Shown piece after piece: positions 36,756 to 50,300 of a stretch of DNA of 64,000 bases. Numbering within the stretch: position 1 is the stretch's first letter; each line of letters opens with the position of its first letter. Where the stretch lies: NCBI GenBank assembly GCA_963575745.1, contig CAUYUJ010000314.1, forward strand, positions 1 through 64,000. Reading direction: 5' to 3'. A program made the position numbers and the translations under genes. This DNA comes from Prorocentrum cordatum (Eukaryota). The notes below the pieces were generated by a model, which ran no database searches, was not told the origin of the DNA, and saw only the letters and a program-made list of their open reading frames with translations.

Positions 36756-37159
36756 GGTGCTTATGAGAAGAGGGGCCTAGTTTGCATGCCCCCTCCTTCG
36801 TCTCATATCCGGGCGGTACTCGCAGCTGCATATGGTTGGGTCCTTCGCCAGGCTAATTTTTGAGTTTGGCCCCCGGTCTACTCTTGCACAATAGACCACA
36901 ATTCAGACCCCCCACACCTCCCAAAAAAGAACACAGGAAACCTTTTGAGGGCTACAAGCCGTTGAGTACCTAAAGGAAATTAATGACTTCTGCGTTTCCG
37001 CACTTCCCCTTCTTTGCGATTCCGAGGCTTGCACAAGGCCTCCAAAGATGTCCGTAGATGTAAGAAGCGACCAAACTGAGATTACATGAGTTAGCCGATC
37101 AAGCCTAGCTAGAACTTGATTGAGCGCGCGCGAAGCGCGCGATAGTTCTAGTATATTTA

Positions 37160-37263
<104 letters not shown>

Positions 37264-38470
37264 AATTGTGTGTATGTGTATATATATATATATATACACA
37301 CATACACATATATACACATAGATATATAACCCGCCTTCCAGGGCCTGGGATGGGCAGGCCCATTCCCCCATAGGGGCGCCGGGGCTTCCGGCGGCCTCGC
37401 GACGCCTCCCAAGAGCTCCCGGATGCTCTCAGGAGGCCCCCGAGACAACCAGACTTGTTCCAAGGCAGCCCCAAGAGGCAAACATCATTGAGTTTTCAAC
37501 GGTTTGTGTGTGTGTGTGTGTGTGTGTGTGTTTTTTTTCCGGATCTGATCTTGTCGGCTTCCCGACGCTCTGGGATGGCCCGAGAAGCTCCCCAAAACGT
37601 CCCCATATGGGGCAAAAGGCGTCCAAGACCGCCCCAATACAGCCAACGAGGCCCCGAACACAGCCCCTGTCAGTGACTGTTACCCAACAGTTGCTGAAAC
37701 TTGGCGGTAGGTTTACGTGATCAGAGATGATGAGTGGGGGGCCGTTTGAGACCCCAGTGGTTCGCCTTCGGGGAGATCCGTCGTCGCCGCGGCGGATGTA
37801 AGTCGAACAACGGTTGCATCTGGTGCGCTGGAATTCTGGGGACAGATTTTGAGCCGAATTCTCTCTTCGGGTGTCTCCACTCGCCTCCCCCGATAAGCGC
37901 GTCAAAGGAATTTCTTTCTCGTTGCAAGGGGCAGCGACACCAACGAATACCTCCTCCACTGAGCAGGTCCACGGTGTCTCTCCGAGCTGGGGGTAATTAA
38001 CAAGATGTCTCCAGCTAGAGGGGGAGGATGAGGAAGAGGAGGAGGAAGAAGAGGAGGAGGGGGAGGAGGAAGAGGACGCGGTGGAGGAGGCAGAGAAGGA
38101 GACCGAGGAGGAGGAGGGGGACGATGACGAGGACGACGGGACGAAGACGAGGACGAAATCGAAAAGGGAGAAAGAGGCTAGAAACAGGTGCGAAGCGCGC
38201 GCGAAGCGCGCGCGTGGTTCTAGTGACAATAGTGTTGCGTCAAGGATTTCCAGAATAGGCCATCCGTTTCGGCCCTGCTGATATTGTTTTTCTCTCCCGC
38301 TCCCTGTCATAGTCGCCCCAGCCTGATTGAGATTGGCGCCACGGTTCACTCTAGGTGTGAAATTTCGATGCACATGCCATGCAGTCGTTCGCGTCAGGCC
38401 TGGGGCGCCCACCGTCTCGAGGGACGTATTTTGTGAGGGAGGATGGGGAGGCGGAGGAGGAGGAGACGGC

Positions 38471-38502
<32 letters not shown>

Positions 38503-38675
38503 AGGAGGAAGAGGAGGAGGAGGAGGAGGAACGGAACGGAACGGAACGAAACTCGTGCTCTTTCCACCGCGGGGTGCTGGCGCCACTAGCCAACACACAT
38601 GTTGTTCGCCTGCTTTTGGCCGCGGCAGAGGGAGCCACCTCCCCCGACCAGGCGCCCCGAACACCTGGCTAAAGT

Positions 38676-41600
38676 ATGCAGTGGTGGAGCGCCCAGGCCC
38701 CCAGCCTCGAGGCCGGCTCGAGGTCTTCGCAGCAGAGGAAAGCGAATCAGGGCGGGAGGCGTGCGTGCGTAGCTCGTCTCGACGGGCTCAGCGAATGGGA
38801 TCACGTTTTCTTCTTTTCCGGGCCATCTTGTGGAGCTGGGTCCTCGTTTTGACGAGCCAGTGCCCCGCGCCCCCTCCTTTCCTCCTACCCCTCCTCCCCT
38901 CCCTTCTTCTCCTCTCCCTCCTGTCCTTTGCCTTCCGCATGAGTCTACCAGTTCGTTCGGTACACTCCCCGCGCGTTGCTTGACCCCATTCGGAGCTCCA
39001 CCGAAGGCCCCAGTGGCAAGGTACACGTGCGTCCGCACGACCCATTTCGGCACACCCCTCATACGTTTCGTGGCCCCATGGGGAGCACAGACGGCCACAG
39101 TAGCAGGGTCCACATGCGTCCGCACGACCCATGTCGGCACACTGCTTGCACGTTTCGTGGCCCCAGAGGGAGCTCCACCGAAGGCCCCAACGGCAGGATC
39201 CACATGCATCCGCTCGGAAGGCTCCAGTTGCATGGTCCACATGCGTCCGCACGACCCTTTTCAGCACACCCCTCACACGCTTCGTGGCCCCTCAGGAAGC
39301 TCCACCCAATCCCCCAGTGGCAGGGTCCACGTGCGTCCGCACGACTCATTTGGGCACACCTCTTACACGTTCTGTGGCCCCTTAGGGAGCTCCACCGAAG
39401 GTCCCAACGGCAGAATCCACATGCGTCCGCCCGACACATGTCGGCGCACTCCTCACGCGTTTCGTGGCCCCAAACGGAGCTCACCGACTGCCCCAATGGC
39501 AGGGTCCACATGCGTCCGCACGACCCTTTTCGGCACACCCGACACGCGTTCCGTAGCCCCACGGGGAGCTCCACCGACGGCCCCAGTGGCAACGTCCACG
39601 TGCGTCCGCACGACTCATTTGGGCACACCTCTTACACGTTCCGTGGCTCCATTGGGGAGCTTCACCAAGGGCCCTCATGGCAGGGTCCGCATGCGTCCGC
39701 CCGACACACCGACACATGTCTGCGCACCCCTCACACGTTTCGTGGCCCCATAGGGAGCTCCACTGAAGGCCTCAAGCGGTAGGGCCCAGATGCGTCTGCA
39801 CGACCAATCTTGGTACACCCCTTGCACTTTTCTTCGTGGCTCCATCGGGATTTCCACCGAAGGTCCCAGTGGCAGGGTCCACCTGCGTTCGCCTGGCCCA
39901 TGCCGACACACCCCTCACGCGTTTCTCACCACCCGCCAAACCACCCCAACCCAACCCGAAAGCCTCGATTTGCCCTCCATTTCTAGTGGGGGGGGTCGGG
40001 GAACATTGACAAAACACATGGAACACTAACCCCCCCCAAGCCGAAATTCGGGAGGGTCTACAAGGGCCCGCACGACGCATTTCGGCACACCCCTCACACG
40101 CTTCGTGGCCCCATAGGAAGTTCCACCGAAGATCCCGGTGGGAGGGTCCACATGCGTCCGCCTGACACATGTCGGCACACCCCTCGCACGCTTCGTGGCC
40201 CCAGAAGGGAGCTCCACCGAAGGCCCCCGTGGGAGAGCCCACCTGCGCCCGCCCGACCCATTTCGGTACACCCTTCGCGCGCTCCGTGGCCCCATAAAGG
40301 AGCTCCACCGACGACAGCTTTCACACCTGCGTTATATTCAAACATGCCCATGGTCGGGCCCTTCGCCAGGATATGATTCTCCAGAAGCTGCGCTCAGCGG
40401 ATGCCTCTTCTCCGCCCTCCCCCTCCTCCCCGCACCCTCTCTCTCCTGGTGGTGTCTTTTTTCTGCTGCTCCTCCTCCGGGCCGCGCTTCTGTGGCTCAC
40501 GTCCTGGCCGAAAAAACAAATCGACATCACTCTCTCCGTCCACCCGTTCTCCCACCACGGCAGCAGGATAGGGCAGGGCCGCCGTCACATGTTGCTGTTG
40601 CTCCTAGTGTTTTTCACTCCGTCGGGGCCTCTGGCCGCACCCTCGGCCAGCTGTCACCTCCTCCTTCTCCTCCTCCTGTTCTGTTTGTCAATCAACTCCT
40701 CCTCCTCATCCTCCTCCTCCTTCTCCATCTCCTCCTTCCATCTACCTCATCTCAAACTCGTATTTCATTGGCTGCTCAGGTGTACCTTGCATGGTGACGT
40801 GTAGCCGCTCCGGCCCAAGCCGGGACGGCGCCCACGGCTGCCATGCAACGAAGCGATGGATTGTGAGGCGGCCAGCAACCTCATCCGAAACGCCTCACGG
40901 CGCTCGGCCGCACGCCTGTGTCTTTCTCAGCCGACAGCCCTTGTGGGCGTTGTGACAGGTCGGGGGGGAGGAGGGAAGGGAAGGGGAGGCCACACATCGC
41001 ACTCTACTTCGCACTTCCCTCGAAGGGATTCGTGGATTACACAGGCGTTCGACTGGGTCATCAACAAGCTGTCCGATATTTTAAGCAGTATCCTACCACA
41101 GGACAAGTTGTTTCAGGATCAGATTCCAAACTATGCGTTTCACGTTTTTATCCTGCTGTTCAACGTTGCTCAGTCAACCCCGAACCTAATTCTATTCGCG
41201 CTGTCAGATTCAGATGCGCACGTCATATTTTGGCTTGGATTGATCCCAGGATACGTCAACATCAGTGTGCCATTCTTCTTGCTACTTCTGAATATCTCTT
41301 TTTGGGCGATGACGCTGAACAATGTGAGTTACAAGACCGTCAGCACATTCATTTACGTTGTCTTCTTGGTCGTGGGGCTAATGATGATCGGAGCGTCGTT
41401 GCTGGTCGGCATCCACAGCGCCTCTCGGCGCCACTCCGCTCTCTCCCTCGAGCAGAGGAGTGGCCGAGCAAGAGGTAGAGAGAGAGAGAGAGAAACAGAG
41501 AGAAAGAGAGAGCGAGAGAGAGCGAGAGAGAGAGAGAGAGAGCAGAGAGCGCATCCCTGCTCCCTCCCTACCGCTCCTTCCTTCCTCGCTCCTGCGGTGG

Positions 41601-44600
41601 CGTACGCATCCGCACTGAAACAGTCACACGCTCCATCGCGAGGCACCGCGACGCATCGACCTCGCTCCTCGCACCGAGAGCTTTCTTAAATCATGGCCAG
41701 AGGCGTGTGCGCAGACGAGGGGGGACCAGGTACGTGTTGAAAGAAGAAAGAGAAGAAGGGGCCGTGAACTCTGGGGAGATATCATTGCCCTGGCCATGAC
41801 GTCTACGTTGTTTATGAGTTTTGTTTCTTTGCTCAACCATCCTGTTGTGTTGGGTCCTTTGGAAGAGACAGCGTCTCGCGTCCTTCATCTCCTTCTCCTC
41901 GCCATCCTCCTCCTCTCCAGTGCCCTGCGCTCCGCATCTATCTGTTTCGTCGCGCCCATCACACGCTTCGTCCCCCAGCTAATTTCGGCACATCTCTCAC
42001 ACGTCTCGTGGCCCCATAGGAAGCTCCACCGAAGGCCCCAGCTGCAGCGCTCGCATACCGCCCCCGCATATTTCGGCACACCCATCACACGTTTCGTGGC
42101 CTCATAGGGAGCTCCGCCGAACGCTGCTGTGGCAGCGCTCGTATGTGTCCCCCGTGTCAATTTCGTCACACCGTTCACACGTTTCGTGGCCCCGCATGGG
42201 GGCTCTATCGAAGGCTCTTTGGCAGCGCTCGCATGGGTTTCCCAGCCCATTTCGGCACACCCCTCGCACGTTGCGTGGCCCCACAGGGAGCTTCGGTGAA
42301 GGCTCCTGTGGCAGCGCTCGCGTGCGTCTCCGCGTCCGTTTCGGCACTACTCACACGTTTCGTGGCCCCATGGGGAGCTCCACCGAAGGCCCCAGTGGCA
42401 ATGCTCGCACGCGTCCCTTGCACCCATTTCGGCACACCCCTCGCACGTTTCGTGGCTCCGTTGGGAGCTCCACAGAAGGTCCCACATCACTCGTCGAAAT
42501 TGAGCGCAAGTTTTAGCCGCGACCTGGCGGCGCCCCCCGACCCCCAATTTCAATGTTCACGCCGACGCCAGCGACTTCGAGATTTTCTTCGGACCCCGCC
42601 GGACGCGATGCGCCTGTCGATGAACATTGAAATTTGGGGGCGACGGGGGCGGGAAAAACTTGCGTTCAATTTCGACGAGGGTTGCAGTTGCATTGCTCGC
42701 ATGCGTCCCCCCGCCCATTTCGGCACACCCCTCAAACGTTTCGTGGCCCCATAGGAAGCTCCAACGAAGGCACCAGTGGCAGTGCTCGCATGCTTCCCTC
42801 GCATATATTTCGGCACGCCTCACGCGTTTCGTGGCCCCATATGGACTCCACCGAAGGCCCCAGTGGCATGAGTCCCCCCCGCCCATTTCGGCACACCCCT
42901 TACACGTTTCGTGGCCCCACAGGGAGCTCCGGCGAACCCTGTGGCAGTGCTCGCATGCTTCCCTCGCATACCTTGCGGCAGCACTCACACGTTTCGTAAC
43001 CCCATAGGGAGTTCCACCGAAGGCACGCATGGCAGTGCTGGCATGCGTCCTTCCCGCCCATTTCGGCACACCCGTTACACGTATCGTGGCCCCATAGGAA
43101 GTTCCAACGAACCCAGGGGCAGTGCTCGCATGGGTCCCTCGCATGTATTTGAGGCACACCACTCACACGTTTCGTGGCCCCATAGGGAGCTCCACCGAAG
43201 GTTCTGGTGGCAGCGCTCGCACGGGTCCCCCCCCGCGCCCATTTCGGCACACCCTTTGACATTTCGTGGCCCCATTCGGGAGCTCCACCGAGAAAGACCC
43301 AGTGGCGGTGTTCGCATGCGTCCCCCGTGTCAATTTCGTGGAGCTCCACCGAAGGCCCCAGTGGCGGTGTTCGCATGCGTTCCATTCGCGCCCATTTCGA
43401 CACACCCCTCACACGTTTCGTGGTCCCCATAGGGGGTTCCACGGAAGACGATGGCCACAACTGGTTTACCCACAATTTCAAATGGCTGGGTCCCTCGTCA
43501 GTTTTTTTTTCCTGTTTGGATTAGTTTGTCGCTTCCAGCGGTTCGCGGCAGCCCAGAACAGGCAACGAAGGAACGAGGACAGTGTTTCCCTGCGCGCGCT
43601 CGGCCCGAGCAAAGCCGCCATTCGAAGCGCCTGCGAGCACGGGTGGGGCGGTCGCGCCCTCGAGCCGAAGACTTATAGAGATTCCGCTTGGGCGGAGGAG
43701 GGGCAGCAGAAGACGTCAACACATTGGGGGACCATGTCGGTGAACTGCTCGGGGCTCTGGTGGGGCTCTTGAAGGTCACTGGCGGATGGTCGCCTGGTCG
43801 AGGGGGGGAGGGGGGGGAGGAGGAGGCGGAGGATGATAAGGAAGAGGAAGAGTCAGGACAAGGATGAGGAGGAGGAGGAGGAGAAAGATGAAGAGGTGGA
43901 TGAGGAGAAGAAGCAGGAGGAGGAGGAGGAGGAGAGGAGGAGGAGGAGGAGGAGGGAGGAGGAGGGTGGAGGAGGGTGGAGGAGGGTGGAGGGTGGAGGA
44001 GGGTGGAGGACATGCAGTACGCCCGCTGTCCCCCGCAAGCGGGGCGGACATGCAGTACGCCCGCTGCCCCCCGCAAGCGGGGCGGACAGATACAGACCTG
44101 GGTTGTCGCGGACAGCCTGTGGTACAGCTGCGGGCACGACCCGCTGACGGCCAAGATCCAGTCGGAATGGGACGTCCTGGCCAAATTCCAGGTTGAACGC
44201 GTGGAGGTGGAGGAGGAGGAGTAGGAGTAGGAGTAGGAGTAGTAGGAGGAGGAGGAGGAGGAGGAGGAGGAGGAGGAGGAGGAGGAGGAGGAGGAGGAGG
44301 AGGAGGAGGAGGAGGAGGAGGAGGATGAGGAGGAGGAGGAGGGAAAGCGGGGGGAGGCGGAGGAGGAGGAGGAAGAGGAGGACGGAGGAGAACGCATTGC
44401 TTGTGCGGAATTTTGGAAGAACGGGGGAGGAGATTGGAGGGAGGAGGCAGGACGAGAGAGAGAGGAAAGAGGATGGAGGAGGAGGCCGAGCGGCTGGAAA
44501 TGGACTGCCCTCCTGCCGCCCAGGCGTGATTTGGCCCCCCCCCCAACGTGGCACTGGCGGGAGGGTGGCGTGCGGGTCACCCCGGCGCCCCGAAAGGTGG

Positions 44601-47305
44601 AAAGGCACGGAAGGGGGGGCAGACAGGGGGGGAGGAGGAGTTGGCCATGCGCCAGGCCGAGTGCATAGAGGAGCACGGCGAGAAAGGATACTACATCCAG
44701 CAGTGCCCGGGCTTCGGCGAGCTGCGCAAAGGCAGAGAGACGTATGCCGACTATCTGAAGGCCTCTGGCGGCAGTCGTCTTCCCCCCCCCTTATCGACTG
44801 CGGGATGGAGCATGCCATATTTGCGTTATTTGGTTTTGTTGAACTTGCAGTATGTTCGAATAATCATTACTATTATTATTCATTGCCCCACCGGTGCCTA
44901 GGCTCGCACCTTGCATGGGAAGTCTTGATGCTCAAACTGCGTTGTTGGCTCTCGGAATACAACAACAGCTCCCGCCTGATACCTCACACTTATTCGAAGT
45001 CGCGTTCCCGCGCTGGACTTCCTTGCAATTGATCCAGGAATCACGCTTCTCGCTCAGGACTTCCCTGCACCTTGTGCAGGCGCCGCGCCCTCGACGCCCA
45101 TGAACCGCGCTCTCGCACGACAGTTTCTTGTAATTTGTTAAGGGGTCGTGTTCTCGCCTGAGGATTCTTCGAAGCTTCCGGCTTGCCAAACCCTGCCAGA
45201 GCCGAACTCTAATAATTCTGGCCCCCGCGAGGAACAGAAACCACAGGCCGGCTGCGAAAGGCAGCAGGTGCTGTATTGTTTGAGGAAAGGTCACACTGAA
45301 CCTTTTTGACCCTACCTGTCTTAGACTCCTCGCTCACATGACCCCCACCTCGCAGTCCAAGAACTCCTAGGCTCCACCTTAGCTCTCCATCTGTGCCTGC
45401 TTCGTCGGGGGGCACCTAATGCTGCTGTGGACCGCTTCCGCTTGCGAGGCTGCAGCTGCTGATGTACCGGCTGATGGTGCCGGTGTCGATGTGGCACAGG
45501 CCTGGCCTATCTTCTCGATCTCTCGCTCGACTTGTGATGCCGATAACTTCTCCTCTGTAGCCCTCTGGTGAAACAGTACGTGATGAGACGCCTGCGGGCG
45601 ACGAGTAACTGCAGGTGGCGCTCGCATCTGTAGGTATGGGGTCCTCTTTGGTCTGCGCCGGCTCGGTCGGGCCGATGGGCTCCACAGGAATCTTGATCGG
45701 CGGTGGCTTGACCATCAACGATTGTCTCGAGTGGTGTCGGCGATTCGTCTACTTCAGCCCTTGGCGTTCTCTTTGTGGCGTTCTTGCTGGTTCCGCCGGC
45801 GTACACGCAGGCGGGCGCTGGCCAGGCTGGATCATCGGTGAGACGGGCGGACCAGGAGTCGCTGTTCCTCCCAATGGTGTTACAGGCACTGGTAGTTACT
45901 GCTGCAGGTGTGACCGGCGCTGGTATTTGTCCACGTCCTCCCGCCCCTGCTGGCACACGAAACCCCACCACCGATGATGCTGTCGGCTGCGCATGCATCC
46001 AACTGACCACTGTGCCCATCATCTTGTCCTGGCGCGCCCCTGCTCGTTGCTCCTCGTCTTGAGGCAGGACGGCAACTCCGTCGGTGAGCCATTCTCCTGC
46101 TGCGGTTGTGCCCCTGTCGCACGCATCGCACTTCCAGCCCTGGTCGCGGGCCCTGCACTCATGGCCGCTGGCACAGGCTCCGCACTCATGGCCCCTGTCA
46201 CAGGCTGCACTCTCATGGCCCCTGTCACGAGCATCTGCTGTTCAGGATGTAGTCGTTGCGGTTGTGGGCGTTGCTGTCCCTGTTGTGGTGGTTGTGGCCT
46301 CCGTGTTGGGGCAGTGCCACCAGTGGTCTGAACGTTGGGCGAGACGAAGTTGGGTGCCGTCGAGCTTGACCTTGGATCGTACATCTGAAAATGCTGAGCA
46401 GCATCCGTTCCAAAGTATCTAACTGGCTGCCACTGATGCTGATGAGGCAGTCCATCCTGGTCGCGCTTCCATGGGTGCATCTTCTGGTTCTTCTGGCAGT
46501 TCGCTGCGTTCGTTCATGCAGCTCTCCAGCTGACCAATCTCCATCTCGATCACCTTTCGCTGTGTCGCCGTGTCCTTCATACGGTTCGATGTGTTCATGA
46601 GCCTGCCTTTCGCTTTGTCCAGTTTGAACGTCACGTCTCGCTTCTGATCTAGGACTGTGTGTATGCTGTGGATCTCCGCTTGCCTGTTTGCATCATCCTC
46701 CTTGTTGGCTTTCTTCGTCATGACGGCGAGGCTGGCAACCTGCTCCATATGACTGTGAACTTTCTTCTTGACATGCTGGACCTCCGACTGCCGCGTTGGT
46801 GGTGTACGAAACGCTGAGTGGATCCTTGCTTCCCTGAGCGGCATGGGGGCCAACCTATTGATGTACTTCTGAACCACGCTGTCTGGCTGTCGTCCTGAAC
46901 TCTGGCTTCTGGCTTGATCTCGCTGTGGTCGCTGCTGCTGAGCGTTGTAGTATTGACAACGCAGACGTCGTTTGTGACAATTCTTGACGTCTATGCTGCA
47001 TGCTTGACAACGCCAAGTGTTGACCATCGAGTTGTGATGTGACAGCTTTCTTCGCTGCTTCAAGTGATAAGAGCACCCGATCCTGATGCCGTTTGGCCCT
47101 TTTCCTGCGATGCCACGCTGGTTCCCTCCTGGCAGGCAAGAGCAAACGAGATGAATAGGAAATGACGATGTGTGAGATGCCGCGGTGCTCACGAGGATCA
47201 CGCGCCTTCGGTCTGGCCTCACAACTGAGAGGACAGTGTTGGGTGTGCCCTGCGGGGACCTCAGGCCAAGCCCTCTCTTCCTCCTCTTCCTCCTCCTCTT
47301 CTCCT

Positions 47306-47336
<31 letters not shown>

Positions 47337-50300
47337 TCTTTCTTCTTTTTCTCCTCCTCCTCCTTCTCCTCCTCCTCCTCCTTTATCTCCTCCTTCTCCT
47401 CCTCCTCCTCCTCCTCCTGCTCCTCCGAGATTCGGTCTCTTTACAACCAGAACAACCACTTTACAACCATATGGGTTACTTTACAACCAACATAGGATTG
47501 GAAAGTATGGTGTTTCATCGAGAACGTCCACTTTGCAACCAGAACGGCCCACTTTACAACCAGAACGGACCACTTTACAACCAGAACGGGCCACTTTACA
47601 ACCAGAACGGACCACTTTACAACCAGCTCAGAGTGGCCGCGCGTGTTTGGGCGTTCCGCAAAGTGCTCCAGAGCAAGTGGGCGCTCTGAAAAATGCCCCA
47701 GAGCAAGTGGGCGCTCTGAAAAATGCCCCAGAGCAAGTGGGCGCTCTCAAAAGTGCTCCAGGGCGCGCGGACGCTCTGAAAAGTGCTCCAGAGCACGTGG
47801 GCGCTCTGGAGCCCGAGCGCCTGAACTCTTTGCGCAGGCCCCAGCGATGCCTCTGAGCCCGAGCGCCTGAACGCCCTGCGCAGGCCCCAGCGATGCCTCT
47901 GAGCCCGAGGACCTGGGCGCTCTGCGCAGGCCCCAGCGATGCCTCGGAGCCCGAGGACCTGGACGCCCTGCGCAGGCCCCAGCGATGCCTCTGAGCCCGA
48001 GCGCCTGGACGCTCTGAGCAGGCCCCAGCGATGCCTCTGAGCCCGAGCGCCTGGACGCTCTGGCGCTCTGAGCCCAGCAGACTAAGACAGGGCTTGCTAG
48101 CAGGGACCAAGCGGCCTCAACAAGGGCCCCGTGCTCGCACGGGAATAAGGCGACAGCATACGTAGGAAGGCTCAGGGCGACGCGCTGCCCATTTTAGGGA
48201 CCACTCACAGGAAGCGAGCCCAGTGGCCTCCACAAGGGCCCAACGCTCCAGGGAACTAGGCCATTGGCACCGCGGGTCTCTTGCGCCACGTTGGCCCCTG
48301 AAGCCCCGCGGTGTTCTGCAAGGGGCTCAGTGCTCCAGCTCCAGTTGGCCCCTTGCTGCTCCTCTTCTTGGAAGATCGAGGTTCAACGTTCCGAATAAAT
48401 GCAACTATTTCGAAGATCGTTCCTTCCAGCGTCAGCCACAGCGCCAGCGCAGCAACCCAGGTATCCTGCCCGGGCAGCAGCCTCAGCCACCGTGCCAGCG
48501 CAGCAGCTTGAGCCACCGTGGCAGCGCATCGCCGCCACCTTTGTGCCTGCTACCACCAAACTTACCGCTGCAGCCCCGCTACCTCCACAATTCCGACTGA
48601 CCCCCCGCTGCCACCGCAAATCCCATTGCAGCCCAGCTACCACCACAGTTCCCACCGCTGCCTGGCGACCACCACAGTTGCCACCGCAGCTTCCCAACGC
48701 CATGCAGTTCCCATTGTAGCCCCCGCTACCACCACATCTCCCACTACAGCTTCCCACTGCCATGCAGCTCCAGTCTTGGACGGGATCATGGTCTATTCGT
48801 ACGCCCTGCGCGACTAGCCTTCGCCCGTCAGAAAAAAAGGCAGAGCAAGCAATGGCAGAACAGACCGACAGAGCTTAGAGAGCAGGTCGAAACCCTAATC
48901 CGCCCACCAGCACGCAACATACCATAGCGCACCAGGTCGCCGCATCGCCGACGCGTGCGCAGTGCTTCTTCGTGCGCGATGGGCAACTTTACAACCAACA
49001 TGCCTCAGAGAGCCCAAAGCCACCCTTGCGCTTGCCCGCGGAGATTCCAGGGAAAGACCCGCGCGCATTCAATATGTGTTTTTACTTGCCTGGTTGTAAA
49101 GTGCCCTTCCTGGTTGTAAAGTGCCCTTCTCGGATTTTGTAAGCTGGTTGTAAAGTGACCCATCTGGTTGTAAAGTGCGCTTCTGGTTGTAAAGTGACCC
49201 ACGCGCCTGCTCCTCCTCCTCCTCCTCCTCCTCCTCCTCCTCCTCCTCCTCTCTTTTTCTTCTTTTTCTTATTCCTCCTCCTCAACCTCCTCTGCCTTCT
49301 CCTCATCCTCGTCTTCTTCCTCCTCCTCCTCCTTCCCCTCCTCCCCCTCCTCCTTCCCCTCCTCAACCTCCTCCTCCTCCTCTTTCTCCTCGTCCTCTTC
49401 CTCCCCTTCCTGCAGCCTCCCCCTCCCTGCGGAGCTGGCGGACATTGAGGACATCGAGCTGGACTACAGCTGCCAGGGCTTCTGCACCACCTGGACCCGG
49501 CCGCTGTATGACCCGGACCTCGCTGGCGACTCGTGCGCCGCGGCCATCGGCAGCCACATGTTTAACTTCGGGGCCTGGGTCTCCAGGGGCCCAAGCCGTG
49601 CGGGCGCCAGTGGGCCCAGAACTCTGGCGCCGTGGTTTCTTCACGACGTCGATTCCCAGAGGTCCGGACTTTTTCCTTCGGCGGTTCAAAGATTGGGTCC
49701 TGAGGGATAGGGTCCTGGAGGCGAGGTGCCTCAAACAAAGGAATTCCACCCTGCGACCCCTACCTATCCTCAGGCTACCATCCGTCAAGAACCTATCTTT
49801 GAGCCACCGATTCTCCGGGGCCGATTTTTCGTCCTGGGCCGCCTGTTGACGGTACCAGCCCGTAGCCTTCGGCTCGAGCCGCTCTGGCGCAAGGTTGGCC
49901 TGCGCGGCCTGGGGGCCAGAGTCTTCCCTCGAGCCGGGTGGCGGCTCGAGGGAATACATGTGTGCGTCAGGCGTTTACGATGCGCCGTCGACGGCAACAC
50001 CACACCGCTCACCCTCCGGGTCTTCGCCTCCGGCTCCTGTCCAAGGCGCTCCTTTTTCTGTGCAAGCTCCTCGGCACCGCCTGCACCCCGGCCCGCCCTC
50101 CGGCCGCCTGAGGCCCCGCCAGCCTGTGCTCTGTCTCCCCAATTAGAGCTTTGCGTGGCCCGCCTAGCTTTTAACCGAAAGAAGTTCGCTCTCGACCCGC
50201 AGACCAAAAATGTGTGCGTCAGGCGTCATCCTGTGCAGGGGGCGCTGGCAGGCAGCGCGCGCCAGCGAGGACGGCGCGTGGCGGTCGCCACTCGGCAGGC

